Below are positions 51,661-64,000 of a stretch of DNA of 64,000 nt, in pieces. Below the pieces are notes generated by a model. That model did no database searches. It saw only the letters and a list, made by a program, of their open reading frames with translations, and had not been told where the DNA came from. The translations under genes were made by a program, and so were the position numbers. The stretch comes from Octopus sinensis (Eukaryota): contig NC_043007.1 in the NCBI RefSeq assembly GCF_006345805.1, forward strand, positions 73,904,001-73,968,000, in the 5' to 3' direction. The first letter of the stretch is position 1. The number at the start of each line of letters is the position of its first letter.

Positions 51661-52349
51661 TGTACGGTATGTATGTATGTATGTATGTATGTATGTATGT
51701 ATGTATGTATGTATGTATGTATGCATGTATGTATGCATGTATGTATGTATGTATGTATGTATGTATGTATGTATGTATGTATGAATATATATATGTTGGT
51801 ATTAACAAAAGTAATGATTTCTCACAAGAGCACACAACACAGACGTAATGGGCGGAATATGGTCGATTAGATCTACCAATAATTCCTCTTGTATATATTA
51901 TATCGTTCTACGAATACAAAGATAATCATGATGGGATTTGATTGCAGAAGCTGACAGGAAATAACTAATTTACCGTAGACTATTTTGTTCCATGCTCCGC
52001 GAGTTCATTTCCACGCCACTTAGCCGAATAATAATTATTCATGACATAGGCAGACGACCATAAGGATTCAGTTGATACTGAAGCGATCGTCTGATATAGA
52101 AGCGATCGTCTGGTATAGAAACAATTGACGTCAAGTAATTATTGGACGCCCAGTTTTAAATGACACTAAAACGATTTTATGACGTGAAGGCTTATATTTT
52201 ATGGTTATTGTCAATAACTTCCTCAACGAGATGTCAAACTGTGTAGGCTATATACATACATACATACATACATACATACATACATACATACATACATACA
52301 TACATACATACATACTACATACATACATACATATACATGCACACATGTA

Positions 52350-52737
52350 TCGTCGTCGTGGCACTCCGTCAGTTGCGAGGACGAGGGTTCTAGTTGATAC
52401 GATCAACGGAATAGCCTGCTCGTGAAATTAACGTGCAAGTGATTGAGCACTCCACAGACACGTGTACCATTAACGTAGTTCTCGGGAAGATTCAGCGTGA
52501 CACAGAGTGTGACAAGGCTGGCCCTTTGAAGTGCAGGTACAAGAGGAGCAAGAAGAAAGGGTGAGAGAAAGTTGTGGTGAAAGAGTACAGCAGGGTTCTC
52601 CACCACCCACTGCCGGAGCCTCGCGGAGCTTTAGGTTTTTTTCGTTCAATAAACATTCACAACACCCGATCTGGGAATCGAAACCGCGATCCTATGACCG
52701 CGAGTCTGCTACCCTAACCACAAGGCCATTGCGCCTC
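52350..52737 (-). mobile_element. SINE family C, full length, tail type 1
   Basis: tRNA-Arg-like head, body, and tail ...gaactacgttaatggtacacgtgtctgtggagtgctc...ggagtgccacgacgacga. Confidence 0.85.
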
Positions 52738-52744
52738 TAACCCC

Positions 52745-52806
<62 letters not shown>

Positions 52807-53189
52807 ACACACATATATATTCTGTTTATTCTAATTTATATCTCTCTAAATAGATATTATTTTATTCTTTTGTTCTTTTACTTGTTTCAGTCATTTGATT
52901 GCGGCCACGCTGGAACACCACCTTTAAGGGTTTTAGTGGAAGAAATCGACCCCAAGACTTATTCTTTGTAAAATACAACCGCGACGGGTATTGTTTTCTT
53001 CGATTTTTTCCTCAACTAAAATATCAATCAATTTGTCTTTTGACGAACGTGTTTACGAACGAATGTGTCCTTCGATCAATTTTCTTCCGGTTGATTTTTT
53101 GAGGAAGGAACACGTTTTCTACAAATGTAACTCGTGTCTAACTAATATTCACACATGCGTGTGAGTGTATGTTGGTTTGTTCAACAAGT

Positions 53190-53355
53190 AGGCGCAGGAG
53201 TGGCTGTGTGGTAAGTAGCTTGCTTACCAACCGCATGGTTCCGGGTTCAGTCCCACTGCGTCGCAACTTGGGCAAGTGTCTTCTACTATAGCCTCGGGCC
53301 GACCAAAGCCTTGTGAGTAGATTTGGTAGACGGAAACTGAAAGAAGCCCGTCGTA

Positions 53356-53452
<97 letters not shown>

Positions 53453-53697
53453 TGTGTGTGTGTGTGTGTATGTTTGTGTGTTTGTGTTTGTCCCCCTAGC
53501 ATTGCTTGACAACCGATGCTGGTGTGTTTACGTCGCCGTCACTTAGCGGTTCGGCAAAAGAGACCGATAGAATAAGCACTGAGCTTACAAAGAATAAGTT
53601 CCGGTGTCGATTTGCTCGACTAAAAGGCGGTGCTCCAGCATGGCCGCAGTCAAATGACTGAAACAAGTAAAAGAGTAAAAGAGTAAAAGAGTAAACC
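53190..53697 (+). mobile_element. SINE family A, full length with ~135-nt internal (TA)n(TG)n
   Basis: A-box tggctgtgtgg, B-box ggttcagtccc, (GTAAAAGA)n tail. Confidence 0.9.
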
Positions 53698-54324
53698 ATT
53701 CATGGTGTCCCACTCATGGCCGAAATCCAATGATTGAAACAAGTAAAAGGCAAGCTTTGCACCAAACTACAGAACACGAGAAGAACTTAAAACAATGAAC
53801 AATACATCAAGCACATTTAGACAGAGTTCCTCCATAAACTTCGAAGCGAGACGATATTATTTTTAGCAATCAGCATTCATGAAAGTGTCAGTTAGTTATC
53901 ATAGGTCTAGTGTTTACTAACATAGTTCATATGAAAACATCACGTTGTTCTTTCTCTTAGTGAATCTGGTTAAAAGTTTTTCTATGAAATGATCCAAGTA
54001 GGTTTCATTTTAATATAGAAATAGGTTTAGAATAGAATCAAGCGTGGTTAAGAGAGAAAAACCGAGGGGCATAAAGAAAATTCGGGAGGCATAGAGAAAT
54101 ATCGAAAATGTATACAAATATAAGAAATGAGTGTGTTTGAGTGTGTGTGTGTGTGTATGTGTTTGAATGCAGGTATATATGTGTATGTGAGTGTATGTTT
54201 GAGTGTATGTATATATGTGCATATGAATGTATGTGTGCGTGATTGCGCGTATGTGTGTGTGTATGCAAAAGAAAATACGTGTGTATGAGTGCGATGTGTG
54301 TATATGTATACGTATGAGTGTGTG

Positions 54325-55262
54325 TGAGTGTGTGCATGGTGTGTGTGAGTGCATGGTGTGTGTGAGTGCGTGCATGGTGTGTGTGAGTGCATGGTGTGTA
54401 TTTGAGTGCATGGTGTGTTTGAGTGCATGGTGTGTGTGAGTGTATGGTGTGTATAGTGCATGGTGTGTGTGAGTGTGTGCATGGTGTGTGTGAGTGCACG
54501 GTGTGTTTGAGTGCACGGTGTGTTTGAGTGCACGGTGTGTTTGAGTGCATGGTGTGTTTGAGTGCATGGTGTGTGTGAGTGCATGGTGTGTGTGAGTGCA
54601 TGGTGTGTGTGAGTGCATGGTGTGTATTTGAGTGCATGGTGTGTTTGAGTGCATGATGTATGTGAGTGCATGGTGTGTGTGAGTGCATGGTGTGTGTGAG
54701 TGCATGGTGTGTGTGAGTGCATGGTGTGTATTTGAGTGCATGGTGTGTGTGAGTGCGTGCATGGTGTGTGTGAGTGCATGGTGTGTATTTGAGTGCATGG
54801 TGTGTTTGAGTGCATGGTGTGTGTGAGTGTATGGTGTGTATAGTGCATGGTGTGTGTGAGTGTGTGCATGGTGTGTGTGAGTGCACGGTGTGTTTGAGTG
54901 CATGGTGTATTTGAGTGCATGGTGTGTTTGAGTGCATGGTGTGTGTGAGTGCACGGTGTGTTTGAGTGCACGGTGTGTTTGAGTGCACGGTGTGTTTGAG
55001 TGCATGGTGTGTTGAGTGCATGGTGTGTGTGAGTGCATGGTGTGTGTGAGTGCATGGTGTGTGTGAGTGCATGGTGTGTATTTGAGTGCATGGTGTGTGT
55101 GAGTGTATGGTGTGTGTGAGTGCACGGTGTGAGTGTGTGCATGGTGTGTGTGAGTGCACGGTGTGTTTGAGTGCACGGTGTGTTTGAGTGCACGGTGTGT
55201 TTGAGTGCATGGTGTGTTTGAGTGCACGGTGTGTTTGAGTGCATGGTGTATGTGAGTGCATG
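54325..55262. repeat. 17-19-bp minisatellite (gagtgca(t/c)ggtgtgt...), roughly 50 units
   Basis: Direct sequence; variant units recur in blocks. Confidence 0.92.
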
Positions 55263-55354
55263 TGTGTGAAGTATGAAACAAACAGTGATAATGAGAAATA
55301 CCAACGAAAATGTGAAAACCAAAAATTAGGGGAAAATAAATTTAGCATCTAAAC

Positions 55355-55560
55355 CAGCGGTACTCAACCACAGCTATTAGGGCCGCAAACGTCCCTTAAG
55401 CATCCTTCCGACTGCCCTTGACGGTCTTCCTTCCGTAAATGCCATAAATGTAATAATGTTTTCTTTAATTGACTTGTGTTTTGCTTTATTTAGGGGCAAT
55501 CCCCTAAGAGAGTACCAGGTGTTGAATCTGGCCGCATGTTAAAAGGGTTGAAAACCGCTA
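55355..55560. mobile_element. hAT (Charlie-like) MITE, 206 bp
   Basis: TIRs cagcggtactcaacc / ggttgaaaaccgcta; 8-bp TSD atctaaac / atttaaac resembling the Charlie NTCTAGAN preference. Confidence 0.82.
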
Positions 55561-55914
55561 ATTTAAACTCTTTGAACTTGCGAAACATAACTTGGTTCGA
55601 AATGTTGGGAGCCCCAGCAAGGCCGCGGTCAACGACTGAAACAAATAAAAGAGATAAACGAGATATATTATCTGGATTCTGACTTACCATTCGTGATTTT
55701 CTATAGTTAGTAATTGCCCACTAAACTATTATAAATTCTTTACAAAACTCAAGTCTCGTTAGAAAGAGTCACGTGTCTGGTTGCTATTACAGATTTCCTC
55801 TATGCTTCTGAATGGCTCTTGTAGATTCAGAAGTAACTCGCATCCGGATGCTGTAAATAAATAAATGTATAAATAAATAAATATAATAATAATCATTTCT
55901 ACTGAAAGCACAAG

Positions 55915-56405
55915 AGGGGTCAAATCGATTACATCGATCACAATGCTTCATTGGTACCTATTTTATCGACCAGAAAGGATGAAAGTAAAGTAGACCTCGG
56001 CGGGATTTGAACTCAAAACACGAAGATAGACGAAATGCCACTAAGTATTTTTCCCGGTGTGCTAACGATTCTGCCATCTCAGTGCCTTAATAAGCCTTTC
56101 TTATATAGGCACAAGGTCTGTAATTTGGGGGAGGAGAGTAGTCGATTACATTGACCCTGTACACAACTGGTACTTAATTCATCGACTCCGAAAGGGTGAG
56201 ATGCAAGGGTCTCAACGCAGAGAGGACAAACAAGGACAGACAAACAGATTAAGTCGATTATATCGACCCCAGTGCGTAACTGGTACTTATTTAATCGATG
56301 AAAGGCAAAGTCAACCTCGGCGGAATTTGAACTCAGAACGTAGTGGCAGACGAAATACCGCTAAGTATTTCGTCCGGCGTGCAAATGATTCCGCCAGCTC
56401 GCTAC
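55915..56405 (-). mobile_element. Cluster of three SINE-B copies or fragments
   Basis: Repeated core gtacc...ttatcgacc...gaaagg...gacctcggcg with two tail types. Confidence 0.8.
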
Positions 56406-56431
56406 CTTAATAATGATAATAATAATAATAA

Positions 56432-56493
<62 letters not shown>

Positions 56494-56517
56494 TAAAAAT
56501 AATAATAATAATAATAG

Positions 56518-56627
56518 GATGCATGTGCCTGGTGTACCTTTATCAGACGGGTAGTCATGATGGGTATATTGGGCTTCGTATATTTTACCCCAGTGTCACT
56601 TTGATGGCATGCACTGCTCTCTCACTC
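56518..56627 (+). mobile_element. ~560-bp AAT retroposon, 5'-truncated
   Basis: Last ~110 nt of 6584-7140; (AAT)n on both sides. Confidence 0.85.
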
Positions 56628-56680
<53 letters not shown>

Positions 56681-56683
<3 letters not shown>

Positions 56684-57632
56684 ATCCAAAACAACAACAA
56701 CAATCTACAAACTCAAGATATACTCTATACAGCAAATATCCAATTAAATAAACTACCATCAGCAAGCTGGTTACCCATCGCATTACACACACAAAACACT
56801 ATACAAGCACTAATACGACAAAAGACAGCACCACACTTCATATAAAAAAATAGAAGCTGATGCAATACAATGCCGGGAAAAGTTTGCTCACCCCCGACAA
56901 CAAAAGAGAACACAGAATGCTGCACACACCCCAGCAACACGAAGGTGAAACAGGTAATGCAGCTGGAATTTGCCTGAAGCTACCACAGGTTGAACAATGA
57001 TAATAATGATAATAATAGGGTGAAACGGTATGGCGCATTGTTAGCGAATGCTCGAAATTGGTACAACGCAATTACAAAAGACAATATGACAATGTGGTAA
57101 GAATGATCCATTGGAAACTTTGAGAAAATTACAGCATACAAAGGAGGAAAGACGTGATATGACCAAATCCCAGGAAGAGTTACCGAGAATGAAGACTACA
57201 AACTCCTGTGCAATGCAATGATTCAGTTTGACCATCGGAGAAGACATCGGAAACTCGACGTTGTTGTGGTGAACAAAAAAGGAAAAAAAACAAACAATTT
57301 CCATGAGAATCTACATAGCATGTCCTGGTGGCAACAGGATCAAATTGAAAGGAGAAGAATAACTATGACGATTTGAAGAGCAATGAAGAGAGTGGATGTG
57401 ATACCAGTAGCAATGGGCACACTTGGCAGTGTCAGCACTCATCTACCAACGTGACTCGGAAAGGTTGGTACAAATGTGAAGATGGAACACGTGCAAAAAT
57501 CAGCATTGTTTGCAACTGCAAGAGTTCTCCGTAGGGTTCTTGAAGCATGATCAGTAAACAAGTGTCACCTTGTCTGCTGACTGTGAACAGCTGACACTTT
57601 CCCTCATATCCAACACAATAAGCTGAGAGTTT
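56681..57632 (+). mobile_element. Composite Dong-like derivative (unknown 5' block plus zinc knuckle and RLE)
   Basis: GETVWRIVSECSKL...YDNVVRMIHW and RLE region; same structure as 62703-63650. Confidence 0.8.
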
Positions 57633-57640
57633 TAATAATG

Positions 57641-57680
<40 letters not shown>

Positions 57681-57684
57681 TAAC

Positions 57685-57773
<89 letters not shown>

Positions 57774-57789
57774 CAATAACAACAGCAAC

Positions 57790-57848
<59 letters not shown>

Positions 57849-57875
57849 TAATAATGATAATGATAATAATAATAA
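57633..57875. repeat. Long (AAT)n microsatellite
   Basis: Direct sequence. Confidence 0.95.
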
Positions 57876-58120
57876 TACTCTTTTACTTGTTTCAGTAATT
57901 TGATTGCGGCAATGCTGGTGCATCGCCTTTAGTCGAGCAAATTGACCCCAGTACTTATTCTTTGGAAGCGTAGTACTTATTCTATCGGTCTATTTTGCCG
58001 AACATCTAAGTTACGGGGACGTAAACACACCAGAAACGGTTGTCAAGTGATGTTGGTGGTGGTGGTGGTGGGGACAAAAAACAGACACACAAACATATAC
58101 ACACATACACACACACACAC

Positions 58121-58201
<81 letters not shown>

Positions 58202-58360
58202 CGACGGGATTTTTTCAGTTTCCGTCTTCCAAATCCACTCACAGGGCTTTGGTCGGCACGAGGCTATAATAGAAGACACTTGCCCAAGCTTCCACGCAGT
58301 GAGACTGAACCCGGAACCATGTGGTTCGTAAGCAAGCTAATTACCACACAGTCACTCCTA
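57876..58360 (-). mobile_element. SINE family A, full length
   Basis: As 53190-53697. Confidence 0.85.
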
Positions 58361-58366
58361 TAATAA

Positions 58367-58409
<43 letters not shown>

Positions 58410-58493
58410 TTGCTGGGGAGTGTGCGGCATTGTGTTCTTTTTTGGACTCTTCTAATTTGGGGATTTTCTTCAACTGCTTATTAAATCATTTCT

Positions 58494-58528
<35 letters not shown>

Positions 58529-58577
58529 CGTTGTTGTTGTTGTTGTTGCTGTTGTTGTTATTATTATTATTATTATT

Positions 58578-59110
58578 GAGTGAGAGAGCCTTTCATTCCA
58601 TCAAAGTGATACTGGAGTAAAATATACGAAGTCCAGTATACCCATCACGACTACCCGTCTGATAAGGGTACACCAGGCACATGCATCACAACCATATGTG
58701 CCGACATGGTGATCTCATATCAAGATAAACACCGCATGACCTAGCACGTGGGGGCCCAGTTAGAATCTTCTTCAGGTCGAATCGCGCACCCCACCCAAAA
58801 GGTCCTGAATAAGAATTGTTTAAGGATGATGAACAAAACACTCATGTTTCCAGAGGTGAATTATCCAAACCCCAAAGAATTCCTCTCAACACATGGCTAT
58901 GATGCTTCCCCACTACCTCTGCTCGTGATCAGAGATGCACATATCTTTAGCCACTAGCACAACTGGATAAGGTCAAGCAACTGGCAAGCAAATCTGTGGT
59001 ATTGAGCAGAGGCCATCTTTTATAACAAGACAAAACAATGTACTTGAAAACACTTCCAATCAGTTAAGATCAGAAGCCACGAGAACCACTGCTTGGTACT
59101 GCATCAGGAC
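58578..59110 (-). mobile_element. ~560-bp AAT retroposon, full length
   Basis: Reverse complement of 6584-7140, more diverged; ATT repeats on both sides. Confidence 0.85.
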
Positions 59111-59111
59111 A

Positions 59112-59171
<60 letters not shown>

Positions 59172-59718
59172 GAGTGAGAGAGCAGTGCATGCCATCAAAG
59201 TGACACTGGGGTAAAATATACGAAGCCCAATATACCCATCATGACTACCCGTCTGATAAAGGTACACCAGGCACATGCATCACACCATATGTGCGCGACA
59301 TGGTGATCTCATATCAAGATAAACAGCACATGACCTTGCAGGTGGGGCCCAGTTAGAATTTTTCTTCAGTTGAGTAGCCATCCCGCTCAAACGGTCCCTG
59401 AATAAGGGTTGTTTAAGGATGTTGAAAGAACCACCCATGTTTCCAGAGGTGAACTATTCAAACCCCAAAGAATCCCTCTCAACACATGGCTATGATGATG
59501 CTCCCCCACTACTTCTGCTCTGATCAGAGAGCACATATCGTCAGCCACTAAGCGACATGCTCAACTGGTTAAGGTCAAACAACTGACAAGCAAATCTGTG
59601 GTATTGAGCAGATATTTGCTGTAGCCCATCTTTTATACCAAGACAAAACAATGTAACATGATAACACTTCCAATCAGTTAAGATCAGAAGCCATGAGAGC
59701 CACTGCCTGGTACTGCAT
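59172..59718 (-). mobile_element. ~560-bp AAT retroposon, near full length
   Basis: Reverse complement of 6584-7140; ATT repeats on both sides. Confidence 0.88.
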
Positions 59719-59735
59719 TATTATTATTATTATTA

Positions 59736-59770
<35 letters not shown>

Positions 59771-59772
<2 letters not shown>

Positions 59773-60885
59773 GTTGGTTTGGCTCAGGTTCGGTCTTATT
59801 CCTGGTAGGAATATTATGCGGATAGCGGGTTACTACCTGTAACCTTACGTATCCACAAGTTTTCAGCTGTCTTTCAAGTACTTAAAACCCTGCTGATAAT
59901 CCTTGCTGTCCCCGAGAGACAAACTTTCTGTGAGAGCTCTACCGGGCATTCTATTTCAATTTCTTTCAACCATTTGTCTATATCATGGTTTACTGTTCCG
60001 AACGCAACAATTATTATAGGCACGACCTTTACTGTTCGCATGCCCCCAAATTTTCCTGTTTCAAACTTTAAGAGATTTTTTTTTCTTTGGTTTTCCTTTC
60101 CCTTTCTTTACAATCCTGGAATGAAATGGGTATGATGGGTTGCTTTTCCTTATCTACCATCGTTATATCTGGTCTATTATTTTCTAATCATTATTTTGAA
60201 AAGGAAAGTCCTACAAAATCTTACATTTCTCAGATTTCAGTATTCTTTCGACTCGATGATTGTACCATGTGTCTCCAGCTTCAAATCCCAATTTCTGGTA
60301 CAGTTTCTAGTGTATAACTTTTCCAATCTGGTCGTGCCTTCATTTCTTATATTCTTCTTGTGCAAACTTGGGGCATTCTTTCACAATGTGTGCCACTGTC
60401 TCGTTCCAAGTTCCACAGACTTTACGTTTTTCTGACACATTCTCTCCTTATGTTTTTTTCTCAAGTTGTTTGTTTTTATCGCTTGATTCGGGGCTGCTAC
60501 AATTAGGCTCTCTGTTTCTTTTTTTTAATTGCTCCTTTTTTAACCAAGCCCAGGATTTTGTTCTACATACGTCTTCAGTGGCTCTCCAAAATTGGCCATG
60601 CTAAGGTTTCTCTTCGATCTATTTGACGTGCTCTCTTTGTATTTCATTCTTTTACTTTTCTCCTCTTATGCGCTTCATCACCTGTTCTTTATAAACTGTC
60701 TTTAGTAGATTTTTTTTGTGCTGCTCTGCAAATACTCTACTAAACATTTTCCTTCCATTTGTACATATTTTTCTACTGTTGAAATGTTACTTCCACCTTG
60801 GTCTCTCCAAAAGTACATCCGGTTGATATCAGCTTTCGGATGCTGGGCTCCATACAGCGTCAGCAACTTCCTAGTTTTCTGTCAA
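59771..60885 (-). mobile_element. R4/Dong-like LINE 3' fragment
   Basis: Minus-strand RLE C-terminus (IIVAFGTV...IECPVELSQKVCLSGTARIISRVL); 3' end enters (AAT)n. Confidence 0.7.
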
Positions 60886-60889
60886 ACAA

Positions 60890-61292
60890 TTTTGTTGTTG
60901 TTGTTGTTGTTGTTGTTGTTGCTCTTCTTCTTCTTCTTCTTCTTCTTCTTCTTCTTCTTCTTCTTTTCTTCTTCTTCTTCTTTTCTTCTTCTCTTCTTTT
61001 CTTCTTCTTCTTCTTCTTCTTCTTCTTCTTTTCTTCTTCTTTTCTTCTTATTTTCTTGTTGTTGTTGTTGTTCTTCTTCTTCTTCTTCTTTTCTTCTTAT
61101 TTTCTTGTTGTTGTTGTTGTTCTTCTCTTTTCTTCTTCTTCTTCTTCTTCTTTTCTTCTTATTTTCTTGTTGTTGTTGTTGTTCTTCTTCTTCTGCTTCT
61201 TCTTTTCTTCTTTTTCTTCTTCTTTTTCTTCTTCTTTTCTTCTTATTTTCTTCTTGTTGTTGCTGTTGTTGTTGTTGTTGTTCTGCTTCTTC

Positions 61293-61324
<32 letters not shown>

Positions 61325-61330
61325 CTTTCA
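60890..61330. repeat. (TTG)n/(TTC)n compound repeat with higher-order blocks
   Basis: Direct sequence; source of spurious poly-E/K/Q ORFs. Confidence 0.92.
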
Positions 61331-61474
61331 TTCATTCATTTGCACAGTGATGATTTTATTAACAACAGGTCGTTTAACTGACTCCTCTATCAAGTTACGT
61401 AACTTCAGATAGACATCACTTTCCGCATAATATTGCTGGCCTTGTGCCAAAATTTGAAACCATTCTTACTGAGA

Positions 61475-62200
61475 ATGGCAAGAATCGTTGAGGCTCAATG
61501 GATCTACCCTGAGTATGCTGTTCTTAGTAGGAGCGAAGTAACGAGTAGATAGCACTTCCCATACTTAGAACATGGCAGAGTAATCCGGAACTTTTTGTGT
61601 GGGGTTGCCTCCGAAATATTCTAATTGGACGACTCCGTTATTGGGGATTCTATTTATTAATAATTTGCTCTTCTAATTTCTATTTATAAATTTATATAGG
61701 CGCAGGCGTGGCAGTGGAGTAAGATGTTTGCTTCAAACAAAATGGTTCCGGGTTCAATCCCACTGCGCGGCACCTTGGGTAAGTGTCTTCAACTATAGCC
61801 TCGGACCGAACAGAGTTTTTCTAATGGATTTGGTAGACGGAAACTGAAAGAAGCCAGTCGTATAAGTCTGTGTGTCTGTAGTTGTCCCTTACCACCGTTT
61901 GACAACCGGTGTTGGTGTGTTTACGTTCCCGTAACTTAGCAGTTCAGAAAAAAGGTACTGATAGAATAAGTACCAGGCTTCAAAAATAAGTCATGGGGTC
62001 GATTTGTTCAACTAAAAAACTTTCAACGAGGTGCCCAAGCAAGGCCACAGTAAAAATGACTGGAACAAGTAAAAGATAAAAGATATCTTGTTGCTAAATC
62101 TTTTAATATTGTAGTGTTACTCCTCGATAGATGTAACCCTACCTCTTTTATGTGTTGTGTCCCATCCTTTCATATTGTACTCCATGTCTTGAGCCCTTTT
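61475..62200 (+). mobile_element. Tx1/L1-like 3' fragment interrupted by SINE-A (61697-62085)
   Basis: RMARIV/RLNGSTLSMLFL resembles the ORF2 end at 30800-30845; 3' end gagcccttttggcaaataaaacaaat then (CAT)/(TAT)n. Confidence 0.6.
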
Positions 62201-62224
62201 GGCAAATAAAACAAATCATCATCA

Positions 62225-62300
<76 letters not shown>

Positions 62301-62310
62301 TATCATTATT

Positions 62311-62646
62311 GAGTGAGAGAGCAGTGCATGCCATCAAAGTGAAGCTGGGGTAAAATATACGAAGCTCAGTATACCCATCGTGACTACTTGTCTGATAAAG
62401 GTACACAAGGCACATGCATCACAACCATGTGCGCGACTTGGCAATCTCATATCAAGATAAACAGCACATGACCTTGCAGGTGGGGCCCAGTTAGAATTTT
62501 CTTTCTGATCGAGTAGCCCATCACGCTCAAAAGGTCTCTGAATAAGGGTTGTTTAAGGATGTTGAACAAAACACCCATGTTTCCAGAGTTGAATTATTCA
62601 AACCCCAAAGATTCCCTTTCAACACATGGCTATGATGCTCCCCAAC

Positions 62647-62647
<1 letters not shown>
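62311..62647 (-). mobile_element. ~560-bp AAT retroposon, 5'-truncated
   Basis: Last ~335 nt of the element. Confidence 0.85.
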
Positions 62648-62691
<44 letters not shown>

Positions 62692-62702
62692 CATCATTTA
62701 TC

Positions 62703-63650
62703 AAAACTCTCAGCTTATTTATCTGTATATGATGGAAAGTGTTAGTTGGCCACAGCCAACAGAGAATGTAACACTTGTTTACTGATCATGCTTCAAGAAC
62801 CCTACGGAGAACTCTTGCAGTTTCCAAACAATGCTGATTTTTGCACGTGTTCCATCTTCACATTTGTACTAACCTTTTTGAGTCGCGTTGGTAGATGAGT
62901 GCTGACACTGCCAAGTGTACCCATTACTACTGGTATCACGCCCACTATCTCCATTGCCCACAGCCTGCGTGTTTCCCACTTCAAATCGTCATAGTTGTTC
63001 AATTCTTCTTCTTTCAATTTGATCCTGTTGCCACCAGGACATGCTATGTCGATTATCATGGCATTTTTTTTTGTCAGGTTTCCGATGTCTTCTCAGATGG
63101 TCAAACTGAATCATTGCATTGCACAGGATTTTGTAGTCTTCATTCTCGGTAACTCTTCCTGGGATTTGCTCATATCAGGTCTTTCCTCTTTGTATGCTGT
63201 AATTTTCTCAAAGTTTCCAATGGATCATTCTTACCACATTGTCATATCGTCTTTTGTAATCGCGTTGTACCAATTTCGAGCATTCGCTAACAATGCGCCA
63301 TACCGTTTCACCCTATTATTATCATTATTATCATTGTTCAACCTGTGGTAGCTTCAGGCATATTCCAACTGCATTACCTGCTTCACCACCGTGTTGCTGG
63401 GGTGTGTGCAGCATTCTGTGTTCTCTTTTGTTGTCGGGAGTGTGCAAACTCTTCCCGCTATTGTATTGCATCAGCTTCTATTTTTTTATATGAAGTGTGG
63501 TGCTGTCTTTTGTCGTATTAGTGCTTGTATAGTGTTTTGTGTGTGTAATGCGACGGGTAACCAGCTTGCTGGTGGTAGTTTATTTAATTGGGTATTTGCT
63601 GTATAGGGTGTGCCTTGTGTTTGTGGATTATTTTTCATTGCTTTGTTTAG
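62703..63650 (-). mobile_element. Composite Dong-like derivative, second copy
   Basis: Reverse complement of 56681-57632 including the internal junction. Confidence 0.82.
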
Positions 63651-63688
63651 GTTGTATTATTGTAATATTATTATTGTTGTTATCATTA

Positions 63689-64000
63689 TTAAGGCGGCGT
63701 TTTGGCAGAAACGTTAGCACGCCGGGCGAAATGCCTAGCGGTATCTCGTCTGCCGGTACGTTCTGAGTTCAAATTCCGACGAGGTCGACTTTGCCTTTCA
63801 TCCTTTCGGGATCGATCAATAAATACCAGTTACGCACTGGGGTCTATATAATAGTCTTAATCCGTTTGTCTGTCTTTGTTTGTCGTCTCTGTGTTTAGCC
63901 CCTTGTGGGTAGTAAAGAAATAGGTATTTCCCCCGTCTTTACGTTCTGAGTCCAAATTCCGCCGAGGTCGACTTTGCCTTTCATCCTTTCGGGATCGATA
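63689..64000 (+). mobile_element. Two tandem SINE-B copies (second cut by the window end)
   Basis: aaggcggcg...gttctgagttcaaattcc...gtagtaaagaaatagg, then a second core. Confidence 0.85.

Noticed and set aside
53920-54003. Branch point (tactaac), acceptor and donor flanking a 37-nt segment
   Set aside because: Stops occur in all frames, and such matches are expected by chance in AT-rich DNA.
54325-55262. CRISPR-like array
   Set aside because: The units are contiguous with no unique spacers, there are no cas genes, and the context is eukaryotic; it is a minisatellite.

Overview
Gene-poor, AT-rich eukaryotic DNA made almost entirely of transposable elements and microsatellites. The tRNA-derived SINE families look like those I associate with octopus/cephalopod genomes (inference, no search run). 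I find no supportable host protein-coding gene, no real tRNA/rRNA gene and no CRISPR array; most ORFs in the supplied track are translations of microsatellites. DNA elements present: two Tc1 transposons (one with IR/DR ends), a mariner end, a Tigger/pogo element, hAT MITEs, MULE and piggyBac remnants, and several Helitrons with TC...CTAG ends. Retroelements present: R4/Dong-like RLE LINEs, Tx1/L1-like 3' ends, an RTE remnant, at least four SINE families, and several Penelope-like (PLE) insertions. Most interesting: (1) a set of minimal hammerhead-ribozyme motifs, usually about 40-110 nt inside the (TA)n-anchored ends of PLE-like elements, including apparently compensated core variants (G3:C8, U3:A8) and a CUGUUGA core with an extra nucleotide after A9, mostly in 3'-ends-outward palindromic insertions; (2) a headless ~560-bp retroposon that, like the Dong-like LINEs, sits in one fixed orientation in (AAT)n and forms head-to-tail trains; (3) a SINE whose 3' tail matches the 3' end of the Tx1-like LINE in the same window. 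Caveat: single-base homopolymer indels suggest long-read consensus error, so some frameshifts and the most perfect foldbacks need read-level validation. All alignments and folds were done by eye, boundaries without a TSD/TIR are approximate, and family labels A/B/C are my own.
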